Origin: Gammaproteobacteria bacterium | Lineage (GTDB): Bacteria; Pseudomonadota; Gammaproteobacteria; UBA4575 | Length of the DNA stretch: 64,000 nt | Assembly: GCA_965243395.1 (NCBI GenBank) | Contig: CBDEUS010000001.1 | Coordinates: forward strand, 320,001-384,000 | Direction: 5' to 3' | Part shown: one piece after another, positions 39,080 to 51,309 of the stretch | Position numbering within the stretch: position 1 is the first letter of the stretch | How the letters are laid out: every line of letters begins with the position of its first letter | Position numbers and translations under genes: made by a program | The notes under the pieces: model-generated | The model's input: the letters and a program-made list of their open reading frames with translations, nothing else | What the model was told of the DNA's origin: nothing | Databases searched by the model: none

Positions 39080-39134
39080 CGCAGGGATGTGGGTACATGG
39101 ATGTACGAATAAGAGACGCGTCATGGATGGCGCG
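39080..39134. repeat. three short related hairpins (REP-like)
   Basis: CGCA-GGGA-TGTG, GTACA-TGGA-TGTAC, CGCGTCA-TGGA-TGGCGCG. Confidence 0.55.
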
Positions 39135-39257
39135 AACAGATTAGAGTTAGGTGTTTTACAAATAACTTCGATACTAAAAGTCAGCACATCACTTTATATG
39201 TACTATTAGTGAGCTATATGTTTTACGTGCATTATGATACTTTCGTGCATTGTAAGT

Positions 39258-39334
<77 letters not shown>

Positions 39335-39400
39335 GACTTGCAGTTGGCTATTACCTGCAAATAAAATAGCGAAGCTATTCAATAGTAATTTATTAATCAT

Positions 39401-39421
39401 GCGGCTTTTGGTATGAGTCGC
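39401..39421 (+). promoter_or_regulatory. thrS translational operator (tRNA-Thr anticodon mimic)
   Basis: GCGGCTT-TTGGTAT-GAGTCGC stem-loop with GGT in a 7-nt loop, just 5' of CACTG...AAGGA RBS. Confidence 0.7.
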
Positions 39422-39439
39422 CACTGAAAAGGAAAAATT

Positions 39440-41350
39440 ATGCCTACCATTACTCTTCCCGACGGAACTCAAAAACAATTTGATCACCCTGTCACTATCC
39501 AACAAGTTGCAGAATCAATAGGGCCTGGTTTAGCGAAAGCAACCATTGCAGGGCGAATTGATGGTGAGCTAGCTGATGCCTGTGTCGAAATTGATAACGA
39601 TGCAAATGTAGAAATAGTTACCAATAAAGATCAAGACGGTGTCGATATTATTCGTCACTCGTTTGCACATTTAATGGGACATGCGATTAAGCAACTTTAT
39701 CCCACCGCGAAAATGGCGATCGGTCCGGTGATCGAAAACGGCTTTTATTATGACATTGAATTTGAGCGGGCATTTACCCCTGAAGATTTGGAAGCCATCG
39801 AAAAGCGCATGGGTGAATTAATTAAAAAAGATTACGACGTGATTCGTAAAGTTGTATCACGCGATGAAGCCGTAGCAGCATTTAAAGAGCGTAACGAAGA
39901 TTACAAAGTAGAAATTGCTTCGGAAATACCAGATGGTGAAATCATCGCGTTGTATCACCACGAAGAATACACCGACATGTGTCGAGGACCGCACGTACCA
40001 AATACTAAACATTTGCGTGCATTTAAATTAACAAAACTTGCGGGTGCGTATTGGCGTGGTGATTCTAATAATAAGATGCTGCAACGCATATATGGCACTG
40101 CTTGGGCAGACAAGAAACAACTTAAACAATATTTAACGCAACTTGAAGAAGCTGAAAAACGTGATCATCGAAAGCTTGGGCGACAAATGGATTTGTTTCA
40201 CTTTCAAGAAGAAGCCCCCGGTATGGTGTTTTGGCATGATCGAGGATTCAAGCTTTATACGCTTGTTGAAACTTATTTACGTGAAAAAATTCGCGAACAT
40301 GGTTATCAAGAAGTACTTACTCCACAAATTTTAGATCGTAAGCTTTGGGAAAAGTCAGGTCACTGGGACAAATTTGGCGACATGATTTTTGCTACGCAAT
40401 CTGAGAATCGGGAATATGCAATAAAACCCATGAATTGTCCCGGACATGTGCAAATTTATAATCAAGGTTTAAAAAGTTATCGGGATTTGCCTTACAAGAT
40501 TTCCGAATTTGGTTTGGTGCATCGTAATGAGCCGTCCGGTACTTTGCATGGTTTAATGCGCGGTCGGCGTTTTGTTCAAGATGACGCACATGTTTTTTGT
40601 ACACGCGAACAATTACAAAATGAAATAGCTGAGCTCATCCAATTGACATTCGATGTATACAAAGAGTTTGGTTTCGAGAATATTGAGCTTGCTTTGTCTA
40701 CCCGACCTGAAAAACGAGTGGGGGCAGATGAATTATGGGATGAAGCCGAATTGGCTCTTGAGCAAGCATTTAAGAATCAGAACTTGGATTATAAATTGCA
40801 GCCTGGTGAAGGTGCTTTTTACGGGCCCAAAATAGAGTTTACATTGCGGGATTGCATTGGCAGGGCCTGGCAATGTGGCACCATCCAAGTGGATTTCTCC
40901 ATGCCGGGACGTTTGGATGCCACCTATGTCGCAGAGGATGGTTCCAAGCAGGTGCCGGTGATGATCCATCGTGCCATATTGGGATCTTTAGAGCGTTTCA
41001 TTGGAATTTTGATAGAGAATTATGCGGGAGATTTACCGTTCTGGTTGGCCCCTATTCAAGCGGTCATTATGAATATTACGGATAAACACAGTGATTATGT
41101 GCTCGAAGCGCAAGAAATGCTTAAAAATCAAGGGTTCAGGGTTATTTCTGACTTGAGAAATGAGAAGATTGGATTTAAGATTCGCGAGCACACGATTACC
41201 CATATACCTTATATGTTGGTGGCAGGTGATCGTGAAGTCGAAGCGAATCAGCTGGCCGTTCGTACGCGTAGTGGTGAAGATCTTGGCTCGATGGATATGA
41301 GTGCTATCGTGCAAAAATTTTCCGAGGAGAACGCGAACCGCGGCCTTTAA
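39440..41350 (+). CDS. thrS: threonine-tRNA ligase
   Basis: [48 protein letters not shown]. Confidence 0.98.
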   Translation: MPTITLPDGTQKQFDHPVTIQQVAESIGPGLAKATIAGRIDGELADACVEIDNDANVEIVTNKDQDGVDIIRHSFAHLMGHAIKQLYPTAKMAIGPVIENGFYYDIEFERAFTPEDLEAIEKRMGELIKKDYDVIRKVVSRDEAVAAFKERNEDYKVEIASEIPDGEIIALYHHEEYTDMCRGPHVPNTKHLRAFKLTKLAGAYWRGDSNNKMLQRIYGTAWADKKQLKQYLTQLEEAEKRDHRKLGRQMDLFHFQEEAPGMVFWHDRGFKLYTLVETYLREKIREHGYQEVLTPQILDRKLWEKSGHWDKFGDMIFATQSENREYAIKPMNCPGHVQIYNQGLKSYRDLPYKISEFGLVHRNEPSGTLHGLMRGRRFVQDDAHVFCTREQLQNEIAELIQLTFDVYKEFGFENIELALSTRPEKRVGADELWDEAELALEQAFKNQNLDYKLQPGEGAFYGPKIEFTLRDCIGRAWQCGTIQVDFSMPGRLDATYVAEDGSKQVPVMIHRAILGSLERFIGILIENYAGDLPFWLAPIQAVIMNITDKHSDYVLEAQEMLKNQGFRVISDLRNEKIGFKIREHTITHIPYMLVAGDREVEANQLAVRTRSGEDLGSMDMSAIVQKFSEENANRGL

Positions 41351-41370
41351 TGTTTTTGGAGGGTTAGAAT

Positions 41371-41892
41371 ATCAGCGCAGCGAAAGAGAATCGTTTAAAT
41401 GAAGAAATAACGGATCATGAAGTCCGCTTGATTGGGAGTGATGGCGAAAATGTTGGTGTAGTGGCAATTGATGAAGCTCAACAAATTGCTATAGACGCCG
41501 ATTTAGATTTAGTTGAAATTGTGCCAAATGCGAAACCACCTGTTTGCAGGGTGATGGATTACGGCAAATTTAAATTTGAACAAAGTAAAAAAGCGCACGC
41601 TGCGAAAAAGAAACAAAAGCTAATCCATGTAAAAGAAATTAAATTTCGGCCTGGTACGGAAGAGGGTGATTACCAAACCAAGCTAAAAAAGTTAGTTGAG
41701 TTTTTAACAAACGGGGATAAAACAAAAGTAACGATTCGATTTAGAGGTAGAGAAATGATGCACCAGGAACTTGGTGTGAGGCTTTTAGATCGAATTGAGG
41801 ATGATTTGAGCGAATATGGTGAAGTTGAACAGCGTCCAAAGTTAGAAGGGCGACAATTAGTAATGGTGTTTGCACCATTAAGGAAAAAGTAA
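41371..41892 (+). CDS. infC: translation initiation factor IF-3, non-canonical ATC start
   Basis: GGAGG RBS then in-frame ATC at 41371 ([13 protein letters not shown]...VRLI); [22 protein letters not shown]. Confidence 0.95.
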   Translation: MSAAKENRLNEEITDHEVRLIGSDGENVGVVAIDEAQQIAIDADLDLVEIVPNAKPPVCRVMDYGKFKFEQSKKAHAAKKKQKLIHVKEIKFRPGTEEGDYQTKLKKLVEFLTNGDKTKVTIRFRGREMMHQELGVRLLDRIEDDLSEYGEVEQRPKLEGRQLVMVFAPLRKK

Positions 41893-41923
41893 AAAATTTA
41901 TTTAAATTAAGCGAATTAAGAAC

Positions 41924-42121
41924 ATGCCTAAATTAAAAACAAATAGAGGTGCTGCAAAGCGTTTTAAGAAAACTGCTAAAGGCGGTTTTAAGCGAACTCA
42001 ATCACATTTGCGCCACATTCTTACTAAGAAAAGCACTAAAAGGAAAAGACACTTGCGCAGTAGCTCAATGATTGCTGAGGCGGATGTAAAAGCTGTAAAG
42101 CAAATGTTGCCTTATGCTTGA
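41924..42121 (+). CDS. rpmI: 50S ribosomal protein L35
   Basis: [22 protein letters not shown]. Confidence 0.97.
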   Translation: MPKLKTNRGAAKRFKKTAKGGFKRTQSHLRHILTKKSTKRKRHLRSSSMIAEADVKAVKQMLPYA

Positions 42122-42158
42122 TAGATAACCTATAACGTTAGTATTAGAGAGAAGATAA

Positions 42159-42518
42159 ATGCCAAGAGCAAAAAGATCAGTAGTCGCTCATGCGAAACAT
42201 AAGAAAGTACGTGCCAAAGCTAAAGGCTATTATGGTGCGCGTCGAAATGTTTATCGAGTAGCGAAACAAGCGGTCATTAAAGCAGGCCAGTATGCCTATC
42301 GCGATCGCCGACAAAAGAAACGTCAATTTCGTTCACTTTGGATCGTACGTATTAATGCTGCTGCAAGGCAGTTTGGGTTATCGTATAGCAGAATGATTGA
42401 TGGTTTGAATAAAGCATCTGTAGAAATCGATCGCAAAGTGTTGGCAGATCTTGCGGTTAATGATATTGATACTTTTGGTAAGTTAGCAGAAACCGCCAAG
42501 GCCAATTTAGCCAGTTGA
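42159..42518 (+). CDS. rplT: 50S ribosomal protein L20
   Basis: [31 protein letters not shown]. Confidence 0.98.
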   Translation: MPRAKRSVVAHAKHKKVRAKAKGYYGARRNVYRVAKQAVIKAGQYAYRDRRQKKRQFRSLWIVRINAAARQFGLSYSRMIDGLNKASVEIDRKVLADLAVNDIDTFGKLAETAKANLAS

Positions 42519-42554
42519 TATCTAAGCTATATAAACAGCGTTATAGTTTTTAGT

Positions 42555-42586
42555 AAAAGGGAAAGGCTAATGCCTTTCCCTTTTTT
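42555..42586 (+). terminator. intrinsic terminator between rplT and pheS
   Basis: AAAAGGGAAAGGC-TAAT-GCCTTTCCCTTTTTT. Confidence 0.85.
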
Positions 42587-42603
42587 ATTTAAAGAGTTGA
42601 TAA

Positions 42604-43611
<1,008 letters not shown>

Positions 43612-43632
43612 TGCAAAGATCAGGATGTACTC

Positions 43633-46017
43633 ATGCGTGTAAGTGAAAATTGGCTACGTGAATGGATAAACCCCTCCGTGGATACGCAACAGTTGGCCGA
43701 CCTGCTGACGATGGCGGGCTTGGAAGTGGATGGTGTTGAGCCTGCGGCAGGGAAATTTTCAGGTGTAGTGGTAGCTAAGGTGTTGGAAGTTGAAGCTCAT
43801 CCAGATGCCAAGAAGTTGCAAGTTTGTAAAGTGGACGATGGTAAAGGTGAAATCAGTAATGTGATTTGCGGGGCTAGCAATGTGCGTAAAGATCTTAAAG
43901 TTGCGTTTGCCAAAGTGGGTGCAACTTTGCCGGGTAATTTCAAAATTGAAGCGAAAGAGCTCCGTGGTGTTGAATCGTTTGGTATGTTGTGTTCGGCAAG
44001 CGAGCTGGGTTTGACTGAAAGTTCTGATGGAATTATGGAATTGTCTGATGATTTGGAACTGGGAACGGATGTTTATAAAAATTTTGCGTTAGATGATCAG
44101 ATTATAGATATTGATTTAACTCCTAATCGTTCAGATTGTTTAAGTATGCAAGGAGTTGCTCGAGAAGTTTCTGCGTTACTCGATCAATCTTTAGAAAATG
44201 ATTTTAAGGTTGGTAAAGTAAAAAATTCTATTGATTCAACTTTTCCAGTTTCAATACATGCAGCTGATGCATGTCCTCGATATGTAGGTAGAGTAATCGA
44301 AGGTGTTTCAGGAACTGTGCAGAGTCCTTTATGGATGCAAGAGAAATTACGACGTGCAGGTGTGCGTGCCATTAATGCCATCACTGATATCACAAATTTT
44401 GTAATGCTGGAAATTGGTCAGCCTATGCATGCGTTTGATATGGATACATTAAATGCTGGAATCGATATTAGAATGGCTAAGTCATCAGAGAAACTTGAGC
44501 TATTGGACGGGCAAGAAATTGAGTTGAGTGATGATGAGCTGGTTATAGCTGATGCTAAACAGCCGATTGCGTTAGCAGGAATAATGGGCGGGCTGGCAAC
44601 CGCTATTCAAGCCGATACTAAGAATATATTTTTAGAAAGCGCGCACTTCAAACCTGAAGTGATTGCAGGTAAGGCGAGAAGACGCGGGTTGCATACTGAT
44701 TCATCACATCGTTTTGAACGTGGTGTTGATCCTGATCTTGCATCGAAAGCAATAGAGAGAGCTACACAACTCATTCTAGAAATTGTTGGCGGGAAAGTAG
44801 GCCCCATTATTTGTGAAGAACCTGCTTCACTATCTAAACCTTCTCAAATAACTTTATTACATTCAAAAGTTGAATCTTTGTTAGGAATAACTATATCCAT
44901 CCAAGAAGTACAAAAGCTTTTACAACGATTGAATTGTGAAGTTGATGTTAAAGATGAGAGTCTAGTAGTTGTACCACCCAGCTATCGATTTGATTTAGCT
45001 CTGGACGTGGATTTAATTGAAGAAGTAGCACGTTTAGTGGGCTATAAAAACATACCTGCTGATGTTAAGGCTCTGGCTGTAAATACTACATCCGCAAATA
45101 ATGATAAAAGCCAATTGAAAATGCTGAAAGAAGCGCTCGTGCTTCGAGATTATCATGAGGTCATCACCTTTAGCTTTGTAGATCAAGAAATTGATGAATT
45201 ATTGAATCCACAACATGTGGGTAAGAGGCTCGCCAACCCAATCTCAAACGATTTAGCCGTGATGCGTGGCAGTATCTGGCCAGGGTTGATTAAGGCCGCG
45301 CAGTATAATTTGAATCGCCAGCAAAGCCGCATCAGGATGTTTGAGCAAGGCCTGCAGTTTATAAACACAGCAGAGGGTTTGCAGCAAAATCCATGTCTGG
45401 CGGGCTTGATTATAGGTGATTCTGACCCTGAACAATGGGGTGCATCCAGCCATGAAATAGACTTTTATGATTTAAAAGGTGATGTGGAGCAATTATTAAA
45501 AATTTCTGCAGTGTGTGAAAGTCAAATTAAATTTGTGCGTAGTGATGATGCATCGATGCATCCCGGGCAGTCGGCAGAAATTAAATTAGGTAAAAAATTA
45601 GTGGGGCGACTTGGTAAATTACATCCACGAATACAATCTGCTTTAGGCATTGATGCGGGTGTTTATTTATTCGAATTACAATTGAATGAATTGTTAAGTC
45701 GAGTAGATGCAAATATATTCCAACCAATTTCAAAATACCCTGCGAATCGTCGGGATATCAACGTTATTGTTGATAAGTCTGTAAGTGTTGCAGAGATTCG
45801 TTCAAACATTGAGCAAATGCACATAACTAGTCTGCAAAACATTAAAGTGCTAAGCATATATCATGGGAAAGGCATTCCAGAAACAAAGAAAAGCGTCTCT
45901 TTAGGCTTGATTTTGCAAGAGTTTTCGCGCACCCTTACAGATAAAGAACTAGAACAAACAGTCTTATCAATTATTTCTCAACTTAAAAATAAAGTTGGAG
46001 CAGAAATAAGAAGCTAA
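43633..46017 (+). CDS. pheT: phenylalanine-tRNA ligase beta
   Basis: LTMAGLEV, LTPNRSDCLS, RFERGVD, DLIEEVAR, FDX-ACB C-terminus. Confidence 0.97.
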   Translation: MRVSENWLREWINPSVDTQQLADLLTMAGLEVDGVEPAAGKFSGVVVAKVLEVEAHPDAKKLQVCKVDDGKGEISNVICGASNVRKDLKVAFAKVGATLPGNFKIEAKELRGVESFGMLCSASELGLTESSDGIMELSDDLELGTDVYKNFALDDQIIDIDLTPNRSDCLSMQGVAREVSALLDQSLENDFKVGKVKNSIDSTFPVSIHAADACPRYVGRVIEGVSGTVQSPLWMQEKLRRAGVRAINAITDITNFVMLEIGQPMHAFDMDTLNAGIDIRMAKSSEKLELLDGQEIELSDDELVIADAKQPIALAGIMGGLATAIQADTKNIFLESAHFKPEVIAGKARRRGLHTDSSHRFERGVDPDLASKAIERATQLILEIVGGKVGPIICEEPASLSKPSQITLLHSKVESLLGITISIQEVQKLLQRLNCEVDVKDESLVVVPPSYRFDLALDVDLIEEVARLVGYKNIPADVKALAVNTTSANNDKSQLKMLKEALVLRDYHEVITFSFVDQEIDELLNPQHVGKRLANPISNDLAVMRGSIWPGLIKAAQYNLNRQQSRIRMFEQGLQFINTAEGLQQNPCLAGLIIGDSDPEQWGASSHEIDFYDLKGDVEQLLKISAVCESQIKFVRSDDASMHPGQSAEIKLGKKLVGRLGKLHPRIQSALGIDAGVYLFELQLNELLSRVDANIFQPISKYPANRRDINVIVDKSVSVAEIRSNIEQMHITSLQNIKVLSIYHGKGIPETKKSVSLGLILQEFSRTLTDKELEQTVLSIISQLKNKVGAEIRS

Positions 46018-46023
46018 TAAAAA

Positions 46024-46326
46024 ATGGCGCTTACAAAAGCAGACATGGCAGAAAATTTGTTTGAGGAATTAGGCCTCAACAAACGTGAAGCAAAAGAACT
46101 CGTCGAAATATTTTTTGAAGAGGTTCGTGTCGCACTTGAAGAGGGACATGAAGTAAAGTTATCTGGGTTTGGTAATTTTATTCTGCGTGATAAAAATCAG
46201 CGCCCAGGGCGAAACCCAAAAACAGGTGAAGAGATTCCAATTTCTGCAAGGCGTGTTGTTACGTTCCGTCCAGGTCAGAAGTTAAAAGCAAGAGTAGAGG
46301 CATATGCTGGAAATCAACAACAATAA
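46024..46326 (+). CDS. ihfA: integration host factor alpha
   Basis: [44 protein letters not shown]. Confidence 0.98.
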   Translation: MALTKADMAENLFEELGLNKREAKELVEIFFEEVRVALEEGHEVKLSGFGNFILRDKNQRPGRNPKTGEEIPISARRVVTFRPGQKLKARVEAYAGNQQQ

Positions 46327-46660
46327 CGAATTACCGGCAATTCCAGGTAAGCGTTATTTTACCATAGGGGAGGTAAGTGAATTATGTGGGGTCAAGCCTC
46401 ATGTACTTCGCTATTGGGAGCAGGAGTTCCCCTCACTTAAACCTGTCAAGCGACGAGGAAACCGGCGTTATTATCAGCGTCATGATGTGATTCTCATTCG
46501 CCAGATTCGAAGCCTCTTGTATGAGCAAGGCTATACGATTGGCGGTGCTCGGCAGAAGCTTTCTGGTTCGGATGCCAAAGAAGACCAAAATCAAAGCCAA
46601 CAAGTCGTACACCAAATGCGTGTAGAGCTTGAAGATTTGTTGCAAGTTTTAAAACGTTAA
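46304..46660 (+). CDS. MerR-family regulator (conserved after ihfA)
   Basis: [29 protein letters not shown]. Confidence 0.92.
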   Translation: MLEINNNNELPAIPGKRYFTIGEVSELCGVKPHVLRYWEQEFPSLKPVKRRGNRRYYQRHDVILIRQIRSLLYEQGYTIGGARQKLSGSDAKEDQNQSQQVVHQMRVELEDLLQVLKR

Positions 46661-46696
46661 GCGTCCGCTTTATAATCACTTTTCAAATTCTAATAT

Positions 46697-46773
<77 letters not shown>

Positions 46774-47006
46774 CCCATGCAACGGGCACTAGTCGAAAAT
46801 CAAGAATTGCGTATCCATTTCTTTAACAAATATTCCTGCTAATAGTCGGTCTCACGCTCGCACTTACCGGGTTTAGCTTCTATACTTGTAATCTACGTGA
46901 TTTCATGGATTCCCATAGAATTAGGCTTCCTTGTTCAAAAGTAGTTTTAAATAGGCAGCAATTTGCTATCTGTTATTGCTTGTTATTGGTAAATTATTAA
47001 GTACAT

Positions 47007-47852
47007 ATGTCCCCCACTATTCATTTTGACCTAGAACTCGCTTTAGTGATTGGTACGCTAATAACTGGAGGAGTGTGGTTACTGGATAAAGCGATCTTAG
47101 GGGATAAGCGCCGTAAACGAGCACTTGAAAAGTCTTACAATGCGGTGCATAGCCAAGAAGCTGTGGAGCATAGGAACAAGGATTATCGTGAACCTTGGTT
47201 TATTGATCTATGTAAATCTTTTTTTCCTATTTTATTAATTGTATTGATTCTAAGATCATTTGTTGCAGAACCTTTTCGTATTCCATCTGGTTCAATGATG
47301 CCTACTCTGTTGCATGGTGATTTTATTCTGGTAAATAAGTTTAGTTATGGTATTCGCCTGCCTGTTTGGCATACAAAAATTTTAGATGTTGGCGCACCAA
47401 ATCGTGGTGATGTTGCGGTTTTTCGTTTTCCTAGTAATCCAGCTGATGATTACATAAAAAGAGTCATTGGATTACCAGGTGATCACATCGCTTACAGGGA
47501 TAAAAAATTGTATATAAACGGGGAATTAGTCCCACAAGAAAAAAATGGTACATATTATGGTGAAGGTGCCAATAGTGTAATGAATGGAGCAACAATTTTG
47601 CGCGAGGACTTACAATCTCATCCACATGACATTTTATTAAAGAAAATTGGCTTTAGTGTTCCTGGTGAATTCACAGTTCCAAACAATCATTTTTTTGTAA
47701 TGGGCGATAATCGGGACCAAAGTAGTGATAGCCGTATCTGGGGATTTGTGCCTGAAGAAAATTTGGTGGGACGCGCTTTTTTAGTTTGGATGAATTGGGA
47801 TTTTGCAGGCAAAAAATTTAATTTCAAACGGATAGGCAAAAAAATTATCTAA
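47007..47852 (+). CDS. lepB: signal peptidase I
   Basis: EPFRIPSGSMMPTL, YIKRVIGLPGD, MGDNRD.S.DSR.WG. Confidence 0.96.
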   Translation: MSPTIHFDLELALVIGTLITGGVWLLDKAILGDKRRKRALEKSYNAVHSQEAVEHRNKDYREPWFIDLCKSFFPILLIVLILRSFVAEPFRIPSGSMMPTLLHGDFILVNKFSYGIRLPVWHTKILDVGAPNRGDVAVFRFPSNPADDYIKRVIGLPGDHIAYRDKKLYINGELVPQEKNGTYYGEGANSVMNGATILREDLQSHPHDILLKKIGFSVPGEFTVPNNHFFVMGDNRDQSSDSRIWGFVPEENLVGRAFLVWMNWDFAGKKFNFKRIGKKII

Positions 47853-47867
47853 TATGAGGGTATTAAG

Positions 47868-48245
47868 ATGATTACTAAAAGTAAACAACATGGTGCAACA
47901 TTTGTATTCTGGGTCTTTTTTTCAGCATTAATAGGATTTTTGTTAATGCTGGTTATAAAATTATTCCCGGTTTACTACAAAGGATTTGCAACTGAAAAAA
48001 TTGTTGAGGATCTTGCATTCGAAATGAATGGCAAAACACCTAATAAAAAACAATTATGGGAATCGATTGATAAGCGTTTAAATGTAAATAGTATAAGTGG
48101 TGTCATGCGAGAACATTTTGTATACACCAGAAATAAAGATAGTATTGAATTTGGTTTGGACTACGAAGTACGTGTTCCCGTAGTTCTAAATTTGGATGCC
48201 GTTGCAAAATTTGACCAACGTCAAACGATCACAACAAAAAAATAA
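47868..48245 (+). CDS. DUF4845-like protein
   Basis: Pilin-like KQHGAT N-terminus, YEVRVP..NLD...F; lepB-rnc synteny. Confidence 0.8.
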   Translation: MITKSKQHGATFVFWVFFSALIGFLLMLVIKLFPVYYKGFATEKIVEDLAFEMNGKTPNKKQLWESIDKRLNVNSISGVMREHFVYTRNKDSIEFGLDYEVRVPVVLNLDAVAKFDQRQTITTKK

Positions 48246-48265
48246 GCTTATATAAAGATAGTACG

Positions 48266-48940
48266 TTGAGTCTAAGTAAGCTGCTGGGTGAAGAGCTATT
48301 AAGTTCTGAGTTTTGCCGTTTGGCATTAACACACCGAAGTGTCAGTAATAAAAATAATGAGCGCCTGGAGTTTTTGGGTGACTCTTTGTTGGGCTTTTTT
48401 ATAGCAAATTGGTTATTCAACCAATTTCCTGATTATCCAGAAGGTGACCTAACCCGTATCAGGGCACATTTAGTAAGAAAAGAGACTTTAGCCTTGATTG
48501 CGCGTGAATTTGATATTGGCGAACATCTCTCATTGGGCGCAGGAGAGTTAAAATCGGGAGGAATAAATCGGTCATCGATTTTAGCCGATGCTCTAGAAGC
48601 ATTAATCGGAGCAGTATATTTATCTGAAGGCTTTGAGTTTGCCTGTGACCTTATTGAAAAATTGTATGCAAACCGATTAGAGAACATCCCAACTGTTGAG
48701 CAATTAAAAGATGCGAAGACAAGAATTCAAGAACTACTGCAATCAAAAGGTGAGGCGTTGCCAACCTATACAGTGGTTGAAAAACATGGGAAATCAGGTA
48801 GCGAAACTTTTTCTGTGCAGTGTGAAATAGAAAATTGCGAAGAAATATTTATTGGTAAAGGCACAAGTCGCCGTAAAGCAGAGCAGATGGCTGCTGAACT
48901 CGCATATGAATATGTGTCTAGTCAGCTATATACAAAATGA
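48266..48940 (+). CDS. rnc: ribonuclease III
   Basis: ALTHRS, NERLEFLGD, ADALEALIGA, dsRBD. Confidence 0.97.
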   Translation: MSLSKLLGEELLSSEFCRLALTHRSVSNKNNERLEFLGDSLLGFFIANWLFNQFPDYPEGDLTRIRAHLVRKETLALIAREFDIGEHLSLGAGELKSGGINRSSILADALEALIGAVYLSEGFEFACDLIEKLYANRLENIPTVEQLKDAKTRIQELLQSKGEALPTYTVVEKHGKSGSETFSVQCEIENCEEIFIGKGTSRRKAEQMAAELAYEYVSSQLYTK

Positions 48941-49821
48941 GTAAAACCTACTGCGGATTTGTGGCAATAGTAGGTCGTGCTAATGTCGGTAAATCTACAT
49001 TGTTTAATGCTTTATTGGATCAGCGTTTATCAATTGCTACGCACAAACCACAAACTACAAGGCATAATATTCGTGGTGTACTCAGTCTCCAGGCGCATCA
49101 ATTAATTCTAGTTGACACTCCTGGAATACAACTTGGAAATAAACGATTAATCAATAAAGTTCTAATCAGCAATGCGTTATCTGCACTACAAGAGGTAGAT
49201 GCTATATTAATGGTTACCGAAATGCAGCGGTGGGACGATGAGGATGAATATTTATTAAAACAAGTGAAGCAAACCAAACGACCTGTGGTTTTAGCAATTA
49301 ACAAAATTGATCGTATTAAAGATAAATCTGCGTTGCTTCCAATTTTAAACGAAGCTAAGTCCCGTTATGAGTTTAATGATATTTTACCGATCTCAGCTTT
49401 ACATGATAAAAGCATGGATAGTTTGATTAATGTATTGTGTAAACATCTGCCTGAGTCAACGTATCTATTTCCCGAAGATACTACTTGGGATCGCGACGAT
49501 AACTTTGTGATATCTGAGATAGTAAGAGGTTCGGCTATTAAGCAATTACATAAAGAACTGCCGTATGCCATATATACAGAAGTTGAAAATGTGAAGTATG
49601 ATGATGATTTAGTTTCTATTAACGTAATTATTTGGGTGGAGAAAGACAGCCAGAAAGCCATTGTAATTGGCAAAAAAGGTTCAAAATTAAAAGCGATTGG
49701 AGAACAAGCTCGAATTCAGCTTGAACGTATATTTAGTAAAAAGGTTATGCTAAAAACATGGGTGAAGGTAAAACCGAATTGGCAAGATCAACAAGATATC
49801 GTCGCACAATTTGAGAATTAA
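48937..49821 (+). CDS. era: GTPase Era
   Basis: GRANVGKST, QTTR, DTPG, NKID, VIGKKG KH domain. Confidence 0.96.
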   Translation: MSKTYCGFVAIVGRANVGKSTLFNALLDQRLSIATHKPQTTRHNIRGVLSLQAHQLILVDTPGIQLGNKRLINKVLISNALSALQEVDAILMVTEMQRWDDEDEYLLKQVKQTKRPVVLAINKIDRIKDKSALLPILNEAKSRYEFNDILPISALHDKSMDSLINVLCKHLPESTYLFPEDTTWDRDDNFVISEIVRGSAIKQLHKELPYAIYTEVENVKYDDDLVSINVIIWVEKDSQKAIVIGKKGSKLKAIGEQARIQLERIFSKKVMLKTWVKVKPNWQDQQDIVAQFEN

Positions 49822-49838
49822 CAATCGATAAAATTGCA

Positions 49839-50537
49839 ATGAGAGTACAGCTACAACAGGCGTATTGTATACATGCACGCCATTATCGCGAGTCGAGCCG
49901 AATTTTGGAATTGCTTACTCCGGAATATGGATTAATCTCATGCTTGGGTCACGGTTCGAAGAAAAAAAATGCGACTACAGACCTGCTATTTACACCTTTA
50001 TTGATATCCTGGAGTGGAAAAGGTGAGTTATTTACGCTTACGCATTTTGAATCTGTAACCAAGAAAGAAGTTACTTCTCCAGCCATTTGTATCATGGGGA
50101 TGTATTTAAATGAGTTAACGTTAAAGCTTGTTCCAAAATCTAGTCCAAGCAAAGAAATATTTGAACTTTATCAGAATATTCTTCGTTTGCTGGAAAACCA
50201 TAAAAATCAAGAAAAAGTGTTGCGCTTATTTGAAATAGAATTGCTTGAGATGGTAGGTCACGGTTTGTCCTTAGATAAAGAAATGGATCATGAGACACCT
50301 ATAAATGAAAATGCGGTTTACCGCTATGACGTTGGAATTGGTCCTACCAGAATCCAGCACGCCAATTCGGCGTGGAACGTGGTGAAAGGAGCTACTTTGC
50401 TCGCATTACAATCTCCTTTAAATATGGATGCTTTACATTTATCTGAGGCAAAACGACTTATGCGTGGTGTCATTAATTGGCATTTAAATAGTCGACCATT
50501 ACACAGCCGAGAAATTTTGCAATTTATGCAAGCATAA
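49839..50537 (+). CDS. recO: DNA repair protein RecO
   Basis: YRESS.ILELLT, YLNEL, LRLFE..LL; era-recO-pdxJ synteny. Confidence 0.92.
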   Translation: MRVQLQQAYCIHARHYRESSRILELLTPEYGLISCLGHGSKKKNATTDLLFTPLLISWSGKGELFTLTHFESVTKKEVTSPAICIMGMYLNELTLKLVPKSSPSKEIFELYQNILRLLENHKNQEKVLRLFEIELLEMVGHGLSLDKEMDHETPINENAVYRYDVGIGPTRIQHANSAWNVVKGATLLALQSPLNMDALHLSEAKRLMRGVINWHLNSRPLHSREILQFMQA

Positions 50538-50566
50538 ACGCTTTGGCGTCAATATAATTATAAGAA

Positions 50567-51298
50567 ATGGACAACCGAAAAGTTCGCTTGGGTGTAAACC
50601 TGGATCATGTGATGACGATACGCCAAGCAAGATTCACACCGTACCCAGATTTAAAACAAGCTATACAGTTGGCGGAACGCGCAGGTGCAGATGGTATTAC
50701 GATGCACTTACGCGAAGATCGTCGCCATATTCAGGATGACGATGTTTATTTAGCTAAGCAAGTAATCCAAAGCAGCATGAATCTAGAAATGGCTGCAACG
50801 GAAGAAATGCGTGATATCGCATTGAATGTGAAGCCAGAAAACTGTTGTATTGTGCCAGAACATCGCCAGGAGTTAACGACAGAAGGCGGTTTAGATGTCT
50901 TCAAACACAATGCGAGAATTAAAGAGATCACTTCAGCATTAAATGAAGCTAATATTAAAGTTTCATTATTTATTGAGCCTGATTTACAAGTGATTGATGC
51001 TTCAGCAGAGGCAGGTGCACCAGTTATTGAATTACATACAGGCACTTATGCTAGCTGTGTTGGTGAAAAGCAAAAATTGGAACTAAATAGAATAATAAAT
51101 GCCGTTAAACACGCAACGTCATTAGGCCTAGTTGTCAATGCGGGGCATGGTTTGCACTATGATAATGTCTCGCCCATAGCTAATATTGAAAATATGTATG
51201 AGTTAAATATTGGACACTCTATTGTTGCTTATGCCTTATTTGTTGGTTTAGAAACTGCTGTGCAGGAAATGCGTGAAAAAATGGCAACTGAAAATTAG
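50567..51298 (+). CDS. pdxJ: pyridoxine 5'-phosphate synthase
   Basis: LGVNLDHV.T.RQAR, HLREDRRHI, TTEGGLD, NAGHGL, ELNIGH. Confidence 0.97.
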   Translation: MDNRKVRLGVNLDHVMTIRQARFTPYPDLKQAIQLAERAGADGITMHLREDRRHIQDDDVYLAKQVIQSSMNLEMAATEEMRDIALNVKPENCCIVPEHRQELTTEGGLDVFKHNARIKEITSALNEANIKVSLFIEPDLQVIDASAEAGAPVIELHTGTYASCVGEKQKLELNRIINAVKHATSLGLVVNAGHGLHYDNVSPIANIENMYELNIGHSIVAYALFVGLETAVQEMREKMATEN

Positions 51299-51309
51299 AT
51301 TTTAATTAT

